Source: Squalus acanthias
Taxonomy: Eukaryota
Length of the DNA: 64,000 nucleotides
Assembly: GCA_030390025.1 (NCBI GenBank)
Contig: CM059432.1
Location: 39,062,001-39,126,000, forward strand
Reading direction: 5' to 3'
The notes under the pieces were generated by a model. It had not been told where the DNA came from. It made no database searches and saw only the letters and a program-made list of their open reading frames with translations. Below, piece after piece: positions 1 to 11,243 of this stretch (position 1 is the stretch's first letter; the number at the start of each line of letters is the position of its first letter). The translations under genes were made by a program, and so were the position numbers.

Positions 1-783
1 CCTGGAGGTGATTGCAGCGCTAAATCAGGCGCTTCACACCTGTCTTAAGGCTCAAAGGCCGAGGAGCGAGGCGCTACCTCAGAGCGCTGGCGAAGCTCAT
101 GTAATGTCAGTCAGCAATGGAACACACACACAATGGCACGGGCCAGTTCTTAAAGGGAATGGTTAATCTTGCTTTCCATCCACATCCTGCTCATTGCAGC
201 CTTGAATCTCTGCCTGGAGAGACCTGCACATCAAATGTGCTGGAAAGAACAATGGAGAGTACCAGGCAAAGAGCTCAGAGTGCAGCCCCCACAGTCTCTG
301 CTAAATCGATACAAGGAATGGCAAATCAAAATGAACCTGCAAAGTGCTGCTCAGTACCCAAAACTCCTTCACACAACGTTGAATCTCTCCAGAAGTCTCT
401 CCCTCTCTCTCTCAGAATGCGTAGTTCAAAAATGGCACCAACAATAAAAGGCAGGAAGCGGTCACCTTTAAATAGCGCTCCCCCTTTCCCTTCATGACTG
501 CAGAACGCTCCCCTCAACCTGTCGTTGCTAGCGTCAGGCGGTAAGGCAGGGGGCGCCACTCAATATCCGCTCCGGGGCGATACCGGGGCGTTGCGCACTC
601 GAGTGACGTCATGATCTGCCGGCTCAGGAGATCGTGGCGGTAGTGTTTAGCGCCGCCGCAAAATGTCTAGTTAATTTCGCGAGCAGCGCAAACTTTGCCG
701 CGCCTGGGCGCTAGATGCTTTGCACCCCATTAGCGCCCTCTTAAGGCGCTAACGGGAGGCGCAACCAACTGAATTTTTCCCCC
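1..783. mobile_element. Non-autonomous Harbinger, internal-deletion derivative of the 15112-19206 family (left end outside window)
   Basis: 1-279 resembles ~15220-15500 (including Myb start ATG GAG AG) and 279-783 resembles ~18688-19206. Ends in the same TIR ACTGAATTTTTCCCCC. Confidence 0.85.
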
Positions 784-2511
784 TATGACTCTATGTTGAG
801 GATACCGACATCTTGTATTCTTTCAGCCACATCGCTGGCCAAGTATGGCCAGCACCGTCTCCTCCATGGGGGTGAGGTGATGCAGGTGAGCCTGTCCCCC
901 TCCGGTTATGTTCTGCTGGCGCTTGTTATGCGCCACCTTGGCCTGCAAGAGAAGCGGAAGTGTGTCAGTGAGTGTGATGTAATGTGTTTGGGTGATGTGG
1001 CTTCCATGGTTGATTAGCTGACAGTGTGTTCAAGCTGTGAGATGTGGGTTTGAGTGGTAAGTGTGTGCGGGTGAGATGAAGCTATGAATGTAAAGGTGTG
1101 AGTCGTTTTTGGTAGCGATTGTTGGTAGGTGAGTGATGGGGGTGTGCTGCAATGAGCATTGTGTGAAGCTAGTGGTGCAGATGGAGGGACAGGGCATTTG
1201 AAGATGAATTCACTGATCTTGACCACTCGTGTGAGGTCATTAAACTTTTTCCTGCACTGTTCAGGTCCTCGGGGCTACGCTGCTGGCATTTACCACAGTG
1301 GCTATCTGCTCCCACTGCACTCTTGTCTGTTGCCTGGAGGGCCTCTTGGCCTCCTGTGGAAAGAGGACCTCTCTCCTGGAACTGACCTCCTGGACAAAGG
1401 CCTCCGGTGCAGCATCAGAAAACCTTGGTGCACGCTCTCTCCCCTGTTGTGCCATCATTGGCCCAAAAATTAGTGCCGCTACGCGAGAGTACGCAGTGCG
1501 TACTCTCGCGTATTCTGTCTCCAATTGCCGGTTTTCTGCTTGCACTGCGCATGCGCTGAAAACCGGCACTTGGTGAATGGAAAAGGGGGCGGGTCCTAGG
1601 TGAACCGCGTGCGCGCTACAGGCTGTGCGCACGCTGTGCACTTAGTGGTTTCAACGCGCAGGTAAGTACGGAAGATTCTACACATAAAAAAAGGAGGAGT
1701 AAGACCCACTTTTAACAAGGTAAGTAGTGAATTAAGTATTATTTTGAATTTTTTTTAACAGGTGTATCTTTTTTAGAGACTTTAAAGACAGGTAAGTTTA
1801 TTTTTATAACTTTTTAAAAGATTTTTAATTTTTTCAAAAATTTAATTTTTTATTTAAAATGGTTAATTTATTTAACTATACTTATTTTATTAATGTGATG
1901 GTTTTTAAAAAAAATTTAATTGAGGTTTAGCGGTTCTTTTGGGGGGCTATAGTATTCATAACTTTCACAGCACTTATGTGAAAGTTATGAATGGAAGATG
2001 GTGTGCTGCCATTGGCTCTAACTGAGTCACGTGATCCCACAGCTCGCACGAATTAACTACGCCGGTGGGATACGCAAGCCCAGCACAGCAGCTGTCCAGA
2101 ACATCAAGTTCGTGCGAGCTGGAACTGAAAAAGCCAACGCGGAGTGAGAGATCGCGGGGAGGCGTTACCCTCGCACGAAGGCTTCCTCACGAATTTTTGG
2201 GCCAATATCACTTTATTGTCCACTGTCTTCCCTTCCACTTCAATCACCTGTTGCAGGCAGAAGGCACCTCCCCTTTGCCTTTAAGTAGTGCAGGCTAGCT
2301 TTAATTGGAGCTAGCCTCGCAAGAACTTGGGCCCCCTGATGAGCATTCAGTCAGTCAGCAGCGTGTTCAACGTTGGGCTGAATGCTACAACCATGCAAAT
2401 TAGCAGGCAGCATGAATTTTGTGCGTTGCCTGCATTCCTCTGAACGGGCGCGGATTGATCGTGCATCGTGATCCTTGCGCCTGTTTTCGGGCCTTATCCA
2501 ATTTCTAGGCC
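784..2511 (-). mobile_element. Harbinger remnant carrying decayed Myb/SANT gene exons 1-2; hosts two nested insertions
   Basis: Minus strand reads MAQQGRERAPRFSDAA...QEV from 1455. Exon-2-like segment ~870-945. Similar to 12600-13388 and 49660-50145. Ends in TIR-like CAATTTCTAGGCC at 2511. Confidence 0.8.
1460..2203. mobile_element. Harbinger-type MITE inserted just upstream of the host element's Myb start codon
   Basis: TIRs GGCCCAAAAATT / AATTTTTGGGCC, flanks ATT/AAT, GC-rich ends and AT-rich centre, no ORF. Confidence 0.8.
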
Positions 2512-3209
2512 TTTATTTCCAATACTAAGTTTCACTGCTTAGTAAGAAACCAAGATGACAGCCGAAAGGATTTTATTCATTCCCTTTTCTTTTTTTATTG
2601 CTAACTTTTGCTGACAGCTTATTGTTATTCATAGTATTTGTTCCTACTTACTACATTTTGATTGCACCTGTTGTGAGTTGTCAAACAATATTTGAGCCAA
2701 TCAGGTTCAAGTGCAATATATGCTTTGACATGTGATGCATCACATTATTGTCAAATGCAATGCCTGGGGTGTGACTTTCATATATTTGAATAAACTGCAA
2801 ACATAGACTATACTAAGTAAGAGTTTACCACAAGCAACATCGTACTTTGCAGTTATTTACTTAGAAACTATGCAAGTAACAAAGCTGCAAAGAAGACATT
2901 TAAAAAAAAATCTAAATGACCATTATATTTTCAACACACAAGTTGTTAATCAAAAGCTGGTCATGCACCAGTTCAACAATAGTTTTTGCAGCAGTTCTGA
3001 AGACAACAAGGTACTAGACTAGTTTCACACTAAAACAGTGGCGTACCTACTCTTCATACTCACATTCACAGGCAGTTCAATGAAAGAAAAATACAGATGT
3101 AAAGCATTGGCCCGGATTTTAAGGGGCCTGTGATGGCATACGCACAGCGTACGTCATCATAAGTGCCGCCAATGGCCCCGCAAGTTCCAGGTTTCCACAT
3201 GCAATGCAC

Positions 3210-3419
3210 ATTGGGAGCAGCAGCGAGAGTGGACCGACCTGTGTGGGAACAGGCGAAGGAGGAGCGAGGAAATAAAGCCCGAGGCTCGAGGCCCAGACCG
3301 AGCTATTGGGAGCAGCAGCAAGAGTGGACCGACCTGTGTGGGAACAGGCGAAGGAGGAGCGAGGAAATAAAGCCCGAGGCTCGAGGCCCAGACCGAGCTA
3401 TTGGGAGCAGCAGCGAGAG
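3210..3419 (+). repeat. 95-bp tandem repeat (~2.2 copies) at the CR1 5' end
   Basis: ATTGGGAGCAGCAGC recurs at 3210, 3305 and 3400. Units are near identical. Confidence 0.95.
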
Positions 3420-3653
3420 CGGAGCTCAATAGGCAACATTCGAAAGTGACATCAGAGATGTAAAGTGACGTCAGCACAAGGGAAGCAGCTGATTGGTGAG
3501 TAGGACCTGGTGAGTATTTCTATAGTCCCGTCCTTAAAGTAAAAGTAAGGTCTTTAGTTTAGAGTAAGTAGTGTTTAAAGTGAAGTAAGGTCCCTAGTGT
3601 ATTTAATATTCATTAATTTAAAGGAAGTAAAGGGAATAAATTAAGGGTAGGAC

Positions 3654-4604
3654 ATGGCGGGGCAGCTCGGCAGCGTGAAGTGCTCCTCCTGTGCTATGTG
3701 GGAAGTCAGGGACATTTTCGGTGTCCAGGGCGAACATGTGTGCAGGAAGTGTCTCCAGCTGCAGCTACTCGAAATCCGCGTTTCAGAGCTGGAGCTGAGG
3801 CTGGCATCACTGTGGAGCATCCATGAAGCTGAGATCTTCGTGGATAGCACGTTTAATGAGGTGGTCAAACCGCAGGTAAAGAGTGCACAGGCATACAGGG
3901 AATGGGTGACCGCCAGACAGAGTAAAAGAACTAGGAAGGTAGTGCAGGAATCCCCTGGGTCCATCTCCCTCTCCAACAGATTTTCCGTTTTGGATACTGC
4001 TGGGGGAGATGGTTTCTCAGGGGAATGCAGCAAGAGCCAAGTCCGTGGCACTACGAGTGGCTCAGCTGCACAGGAGGGGAGGAAAAAGTGTGGGAGAGCA
4101 ATAGTGATAGGGGATTCTATCGTAAGGGGAACAGATAGATGTTTCTGTGGCCGCAGACGTGACTCCAGGATGGTATGTTGCCTCCCTGGTGCCAGGGTCA
4201 AGGATGTCACTGAGCGGCTGCAGGGCATTCTGAAGGGGGAGGGTGAACAGCCAGAGGTCGTGGTCCATATCGGTACCAACAACATAGGTAGAAAGAGGGA
4301 TGACGTCCTGCAATCAGAATATAGGGAGCTAGGAAATAAATTAAAAAGCAGGACCTCAAAGATAGTAATCTCAGGATTACTCCCAGTGCCACGTGCTAGC
4401 GAGAGCAGAAGTAGGAGAATAGACCAGATGAATGCGTGGCTGGAGAGATGGTGTAGGAGGGAGGGATTTAAATTCCTGAGGCATTGGGACTGATTCTGGG
4501 GAAGGTGGGACCTGTACAAGCTGGACGGGTTACACCTCGGCAGAAACGGGACCAACTTCCTTGCAGGGGGGTTTGCTAGTGCTGTTGGGAAGGATTTAAA
4601 CTAG
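3654..4604 (+). pseudogene. CR1 ORF1 (Zn finger/leucine zipper + SGNH/GDSL esterase) with one premature stop
   Basis: CSSC...CRKC, GDSIV and HIGTN motifs. After TGA at 4491-4493 the frame continues FWGRWDLYKLDGLHL to TAG 4602-4604. Confidence 0.92.
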
Positions 4605-5356
4605 TTTGTCAGGGGGCTGGGAACCTAAGTGTGGGCCCAGAATGGAGAGAAACAAAGCTGGAAGTGCAAGTTAGAAAAGTAGTAAGCAAAACTAGTAGGG
4701 AGCAGAAACAAAGGCCAACAGTAAAGAGGGTCAAAGTGCAGAAAAATATTAAACAGGCAAAGTTGAAGGCACTTTATCTAAATGCACGTGGCATTCGCAC
4801 CAAGGTGGATGAATTAATGGCACTAATAGAAGTAAATGGGTATGATGCAATTGCCATTACAGAGACATGGTTGCAGGGTAACCAAAGCTGGGAACTGAAT
4901 GTTCCAGGGTACTCAACATTTAGGAAGGACAGACAAAAAGGAAAAGGAGGTAGCGTAGCGCTGTTAATAAGGGATGAGATCGGTATGGTAGAGATAAAAG
5001 ATCTTGGCTTGGCAGATCGTGATGTAGAACTGGAATCAGTTTGGGTGGAGCTAAGAAACAGCAAAGGGCGGAAAACATTGGTGGGAGTTGTGTATAGGCC
5101 ACCAAACAGTAGTGGTAATGTAGGGCACAGTATCAATCAAGAGATTAGAAGTGCATGTAACAAGGGCAATATGGTAATCATGGGGGACTTTAATCTACAT
5201 ATTGACTGGGCAAATCAAATTACCACTAATGGTGTGGAGGACAAATTCTTGGAATGCATGCGAGATGGTTTCCTGGATCAGTATGTGGAGGAACCAACCA
5301 GGGAATAGGCTATTCTGGATCTGGTACTGTGTAATGAGAAAGGGCTAATCAATAAT

Positions 5357-5809
5357 AGAAACATAGAAACATAGAAACTAGGAGCAGGAGTAGGCCATTC
5401 GGCCCATCGAGCCTGCTCCACCATTCAATACGATCATGGCTGATCATCCAAATCCAGTACCCTGTCCCTGCTTTCCCACACAGAATCCCCATCGAGCCTG
5501 CACCGACACATATCCCACCTTATACCCGTAACCCCACGTATTTAATTCCCCCTAACATATCCCATCCTATCCCCGTAACCCCACATATTTAATCCCCCCC
5601 TAACACTAAGGGTCAATTTATCATAGCCAAATCAACCTAACCTGCACATTTTTGGACTGTGGGAGGAAACCGGAGCACCCGGAGGAAACCCACGCAGACA
5701 CGGGGAGAATGTGCAAACTCCACACAGACAGTCACCCGAGGCCGGATTCGAACCCGCGTCCCTGGCGCTGTGAGGCACCAGTGCTAACCACTATGCCACC
5801 GTGCCGCCC
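5357..5809 (-). mobile_element. tRNA-derived SINE (HE1/V-SINE-like) with CR1-type tail, inserted in CR1 ORF2
   Basis: Minus strand begins GGGCGGCACGGTGGCATAGTGG (box A) with GGTTCGAATCC (box B). V-domain-like TGTGGAGTTTGCACATTCTCCCCGTGTCTGCGTGGGTTTCCTCCGG. (TTTCTATG)n tail, AAT flanks. Confidence 0.9.
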
Positions 5810-6295
5810 AATCTTGTGGTAATGGGGTCTTTAGGGACAAGTGACCATAATATGATTGAATTTTACATTAAGTTTGAGAGTGATGTAGTCCAATCTGAAA
5901 CTAAGGTCTTCAATCTAAACAGAGGAAACTACAAGGGTATGAGGGACAAGTTGGCCATGGTAGATTGGGAGACTACACTAAAAGGTATGAAGGTGGACAT
6001 ACAATGGCTAACATTCAAGGAAATAATGCATAATTTGCAACAAACATATATTCCTCTAGGGCATAAAAACCCAAAAGGAAAAGTGATCCAACCATGGCTA
6101 ACAAAAGAAATTAAAACTAGTACTAAGTCAAAGGAGGAAGCTTATCAAGTTGCCAGAAAAAAGCAGTCAGCCTGAGGATTGGGATCTTTTTAGGAATCAG
6201 CAAAAGGGGACCAAGAAATTGATAAAGAAAGGGAAAATGGAATATGAGCACAAACTAGCGAAAAATATAAAAACGGATTGTAAAAGCTTCTATAG

Positions 6296-8413
6296 AACAT
6301 AGAACAGTACAGCACAGTACAGGCCCTTCGGCCCTCGATGTTGTGCCGAGCATTGTCCGAAACCAAGATCAAGCTGTCCCACTCCCTATCATTCTGGTGT
6401 GCTCCATGTGCTTATCCAATAACCGCTTGAAAGTTCCTAAAGTGTCCGACTCCACTATCACAGCAGGCAGTCCATTCCACACCCCAACCACTCTCTGAGT
6501 AAAGAATCTACCTCGGACATCCCTTCTATATCTCCCCCCATGCACCTTATAGTTATGCCCCCTTGTAACAGCTACATCCACCCGAGGAAATAGTCTCTGA
6601 ACATCCACTCTATCTATCCCCTTCATCATCTTATAAACCTCTATTAAGTCGCCTCTCATCCTCCTCCGCTCTAAAGAGAAAAGCCCTAGCTCCCTCAATC
6701 TTTCCTCATAAGACCTCCCCCACAAACCAGGCAGCATCCTGGTAAATCTCCTTTGCACTCTTTCCAATGCTTCCACGTCCTTCCTATAGTGAGGTGACCA
6801 GAACTGCACACAATATTCCAAATGTGGTCTCACCAAGGTCCTGTACAGTTGCAGCATAACCTCACGGTTCTTAAACTCAAACCCCTTGTTAATAAACGCT
6901 AACACACTATAGGCCTTCTTTACTGCTCTATCCACTTGAGTGGCAACCTTCAGAGATCTGTGGATATGAACCCCCAGATCCCTCTGTTCCTCCACGTTCC
7001 TCAGAACCCTGCCGTTGACCCTGTAATCCTTATTCAAATTTGCCCTACCAAAATGAATCACCTCGCACTTATCAGGGTTAAATTCCATCTGCCATTTTTC
7101 GGCCCAGCTCTGCATCCTATCAATGTCTCTTTGCAGCCTACAACAGCCCTCCACCTCATCCACTACTCCACCAATCTTGGTGTCATCAGCAAATTTACTG
7201 ATCCACCCTTCAGTCCCCTCCTCCAAGTCATTGATAAAAATCACAAACAGCAGAGGACCCAGCACCGACCCCTGTGGCACACCGCTGGTAACTGGTCTCC
7301 AGTCCGAAAATTTTCCATCCACCACCACCCCTCTGCCTTCTATGAGATAGCCAGTTACTTATCCAATCGGCCAAATTTCCCTCTATCCCACAACTCCTTA
7401 CTTTCTTCATGAGCCGACCATGGGGAACCTTATCAAACGCCTTACTAAAATCCATGTATACGACATCAACTGCTCTACCTTCATCAACACACTTAGTTAC
7501 CTCCTCAAAGAATTCAATCAAATTTGTTAGGCAAGACTTACCCTTCATGAATCCGTGTTGACTATCCCAGATTAAGTTGCATCTTTCCAAATGGTCATAA
7601 ATCCTATCCCTCAGGACCTTTTCCATTATCTTAGCAACCACCGAAGTAAGACTAACCAGCCTATAATTACCAGGGTCATTCCTATTTCCTTTCTTGAAGA
7701 GAGGAACAACATTCGCCACTCTCCAGTCCTCTGGCACCATCCCCGTGGACAGTGAGGACCCAAAGATCAAAGCCAAAGGCTCTGCAATCTCCTCCCTTGC
7801 CTCCCAAAGAATCCTAGGATATATCCCATCTGGCCCAGGGGACTTATCGACCCTCAGGTTCTTCAAAATTGCTAAAACATCTTCCCTCAGAACATCTACC
7901 TCCTCCAGCCTATCCACCTTTATCACACTCTCATCCTCAAAAACATGGCCCCTCTCCTCGGTGAACACTGACGAAAAGTATTCATTCATCACCTCTCCTA
8001 TCTCTTCTGACTCCATGCACAAGTTCCCACTACTGTCCTTGACCGGCCGTACCCTCACCCTGGTCATTCTTTTATTTCTCACATAAGAGTAAAAAGCCTT
8101 GGGGTTTTCCTTGATCCGACCCGCCAAGAACTTCTCATGCCCCCTCCTAGCTCTCCTAAGCTCTTTTTTTTAGCTCATTCCTTGCTACCTTGTACCCCTC
8201 AATCGACCCAACTGAACCTTGTTTTCTCATCCTTACATACGCTTCCTTTTTCCTCTTGACTAGACATTCAACCTCTTTTGTGAACCATGGTTCTCTCACT
8301 CGGCCATTTCCTCCCTGCCTGACAGGGACATACCTATCAAGGACATGCAGTAATTGCTCCATGAAAAAGCTCCACTTTTCGTTTGTGCCTTTCCCTGATA
8401 GTTTCTGTTCCCA
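6296..8413 (-). mobile_element. 5'-truncated CR1 LINE (RT region) nested antisense in the other CR1
   Basis: RT ORFs 7228-8127 and 6369-7328 joined by a frameshift. 7-bp TSD TCTATAG at 6289-6295 and 8414-8420. Confidence 0.95.
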
Positions 8414-11243
8414 TCTATAGGTATGTGGAAAGGAAAAGACTGGCGAAGGTAAAAATAGGTCCTTTACAGTCAGAGATGGGAGAATTTATAATGGGGAATG
8501 AGGAAATGGAAGAGAAATTAAATAAATACCTTGTTTCTGTCTTCACGGAGGAAGACACAAAAAACCTCCCAGAAATACGAGAAAACCAAGGGTGTGACGA
8601 GAAATTATTATTAGTAAAAAAACAGTACTAGAAAATTTAATGGGGCTAAAAGTCAATAAATCCCAAGGACCGGATGACCTACATCCTCGGGTTTTGAAAG
8701 AGATGGCCATTGCAATAGCGGACGCATTGGTTGTCATCTTCCAAAATTCTATAGATTCTGGAACGGTTCTTGCAGATTGGAGGATAGCAAATGTAACCCT
8801 GCTATTTAAGAAAGGAGGGAGAGAGAAAACGGGGAACTACAGACCTGTTAGCCTCATATCAGTAGTTGGGAAAATGCTGGAATCTATTATAAAGGATGCA
8901 ATAACTGGGCACTTAGAAACTAATAGTAAGATTGGGCAGAGTCAACATGGATTTATGAAAGGGAAATCCTGTTTGACAAACCTATTGGAGTTCTTTGAGG
9001 ATGTAACTAGTGGAGTAGACAAAGGGGAACCGGTAGATGTGTATCTGGATTTTCAGAAGGCCTTCGATAAGGTCCCACACAAGAGGTTGGTGAACAAAAT
9101 TAGGGCACATGGAATTGGGGGTAATATACTAGCATGGATTGAGAATTGGTTAACAGACAGAAAACAAAGAGTAGGGATAAATGAGTCTTTTTCAGGATGG
9201 CAGGCTGTGACTAGTGGGGTACCGCAAGGATCGGTGCATGGGTCCCAGCTATTCACAATCTATATCAATGATTTGGATGAGGGAACTAAATGTAACATTT
9301 TCAAATTTGCTGATGATACAAAGCTAGGTGGCAGTGTCAGTTGCGAAGAGAATGTGAAGAGGCTTCAAGGGGATCTCGACAGGCTCAGTGAGTGGGCGAG
9401 AACATGGAAGATGGAATATAATGTGGATAAATGTGAAGTTATCCACTTTGGTAGAAAAAGCAGAAAGGCAGAGTATTTCCTAAATGGTGAAAGATTGGGG
9501 AATGCAGATGCTCAAAGGGACCTGGGTGTCCTTGTACATGAGTCACTGAAAGTGAATGTGCAGGTGCAGCAAGCCATTAGGAAGGCAAATGGTATGCTGG
9601 CCTTCATTACAAGAGGATTTGAGTACAGGAGTAAAGAAGTCTTACTCCAATTATATAGGGCCTTGGTGAGACCACACCTGGAGTACTGTGTACAATTTTG
9701 GTCTCCTTACCTAAGGAAGGATATACTTGCCAACGAAGGTTCACGAGACTGATTCCTGGGATGGCGGGACTGTCGTATGAGAAGAGATTGAGTAAACTAG
9801 GCCTGTATTCTCTTGAATTCAGAAGAATGAGGGGGATCTCATTGAAGCATACAAAATTAATACAGGGCTTGATAGGATGGATACTGGGAGAATGTTTCCC
9901 TTGGCTGGGGAGTCTAGAACCAGGGACCACAGCCTCAAGATAAAGTGTAGGCCAGTCAGGACTGAGATGAGAAGAAATTTCTTCACACAGAGGGTGGTAA
10001 ATCTTTGGAATTCTCTACCCCAGAGGGCTGTGGCGGCTCAGTCATTGGGTATATTCAAAACAGAAGTCAATAAATTTCTGACTAGTAAGGGCATCAAGGG
10101 ATATGGCGATAGGGCCGGTGAATGGAGTTGAGGCAGAAGATCAGCCATGATCTCATTGAATGGCGGAGCAGGCTTGAAGGGACGAATGGCCTACTCCTGC
10201 TCCTAGTTCTTATGTTCTTATGTTCTTGCGATCTGTCAAGTTTCTCCTTGACAGATCCGCCGCATCCACTGTAAATTCACTTTTGCTGGCGCAGTGTTGG
10301 GCTATTTGTCTAACTACTGCCCACCGAGTACCCACCAAACCCTTACGCCTGGTAAAAGCAGGCATAAGGCCTGATTTTACCAGCGTAAGGGTTAAAATGA
10401 ATGTTAAAATACATTTTTTTTAAATGATTTAAACTTTCACTTACATTTAAAATTAGATTATGTCAATTTTGTCCCAGTTAAAAATGTTTAAATTTATTTT
10501 TCAAAAATTAAATTTTTATTTTAAATATTTAATTAAAGGATATTTTAATTAATTTTGAACCTGTGATCATTTATTTTTATTTAAGTAGTGTGAAATTTTA
10601 TTTATGAGGTGATTTATGTTATGCTGATAGGGATTCCGTACGTAAATGGAATCCCCATAAGTATAATAGGAATCCCCCTTTGTCATTGGTTGGCCTGACC
10701 CACGTGATCCCAGGGACGCTTGCGAACCGCACGTGCCCCTGGGATCCGTGGGCCTTTGCGCAGGCCTGCAGGCCCAGGACCGCAAGAGTCCGAAGCTCCG
10801 GGGACACCAGGTAAGTTCATAGTTTTCTTGCAGTTCGGAGGCGTACGCAGGCGGCAAGCCTCTGACTGCAATTTCCAGGCCATGGCATTAAGCAGTCCTT
10901 TGTGGCACATAAATCCCTAGTTGGGAACAGATGATGTGATCATTACTATTAGTTCGGTTGTACACTTTGACAGAGTCAAAAATTAGTCAAGCTAAACGTG
11001 TTAAATACATCATACCCAAACTTATTCATTAATACCGAAGAACTTTGATTAAAAAGAGTTAAACTCACTTGTTATACAATTAGTTTTAACAAGTAATATT
11101 CTGTTAGAATGGATTATTTGCAATGTACAGTGTTTTGGAACCAAGGACAGATCCTGAACTTTGGACAGAGCAGAAAAAAGTCCCCCAGCAATTCAGCTAC
11201 CTCTAAATAGTAATTCAGTGTAGTAAAATGTTCAAAACATATT

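Larger units (their letters stand above)
4605..10131 (+). pseudogene. CR1 ORF2 (APE endonuclease + reverse transcriptase), disrupted
   Basis: YLNARG, ITETW, GDFN, SDHN, QHGF, LDFQKAFDKV, GVPQGS and KFADD motifs. Stop at 5306-5308, later frameshifts, two insertions. Confidence 0.95.
3210..10228 (+). mobile_element. Full-length CR1 LINE (5'UTR, ORF1, ORF2, 3' octamer tail) with two nested insertions
   Basis: 5' tandem repeats, esterase ORF1, APE and RT ORF2 motifs, 3' tail (TTCTTATG)n at ~10207-10228. Confidence 0.95.
3109..10881. mobile_element. Harbinger-type MITE split by a full-length CR1 (pieces 3109-3209 and ~10229-10881)
   Basis: Ends GGCCCGGATTTT and CAATTTCCAGGCC, flanks ATT/ATG. The right piece shares blocks with the 1460-2203 MITE (CACGTGATCCCA, AT-rich core, CAGGTAAGT). 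Confidence 0.6.

Noticed and set aside
3210..3419. CRISPR-like array (also 27465-27608)
   Set aside because: Whole units repeat with no unique spacers. The context is a eukaryotic LINE 5'UTR and there are no cas genes.
3641..4555. 304-aa minus-strand ORF (also 26412-27179 on plus)
   Set aside because: Antisense shadow of CR1 ORF1, with no independent motifs.
5735..5809. Functional tRNA genes (also 42805-42863 and 39020-39085)
   Set aside because: These are SINE/LINE heads attached to repeat bodies, or truncated. No complete cloverleaf.
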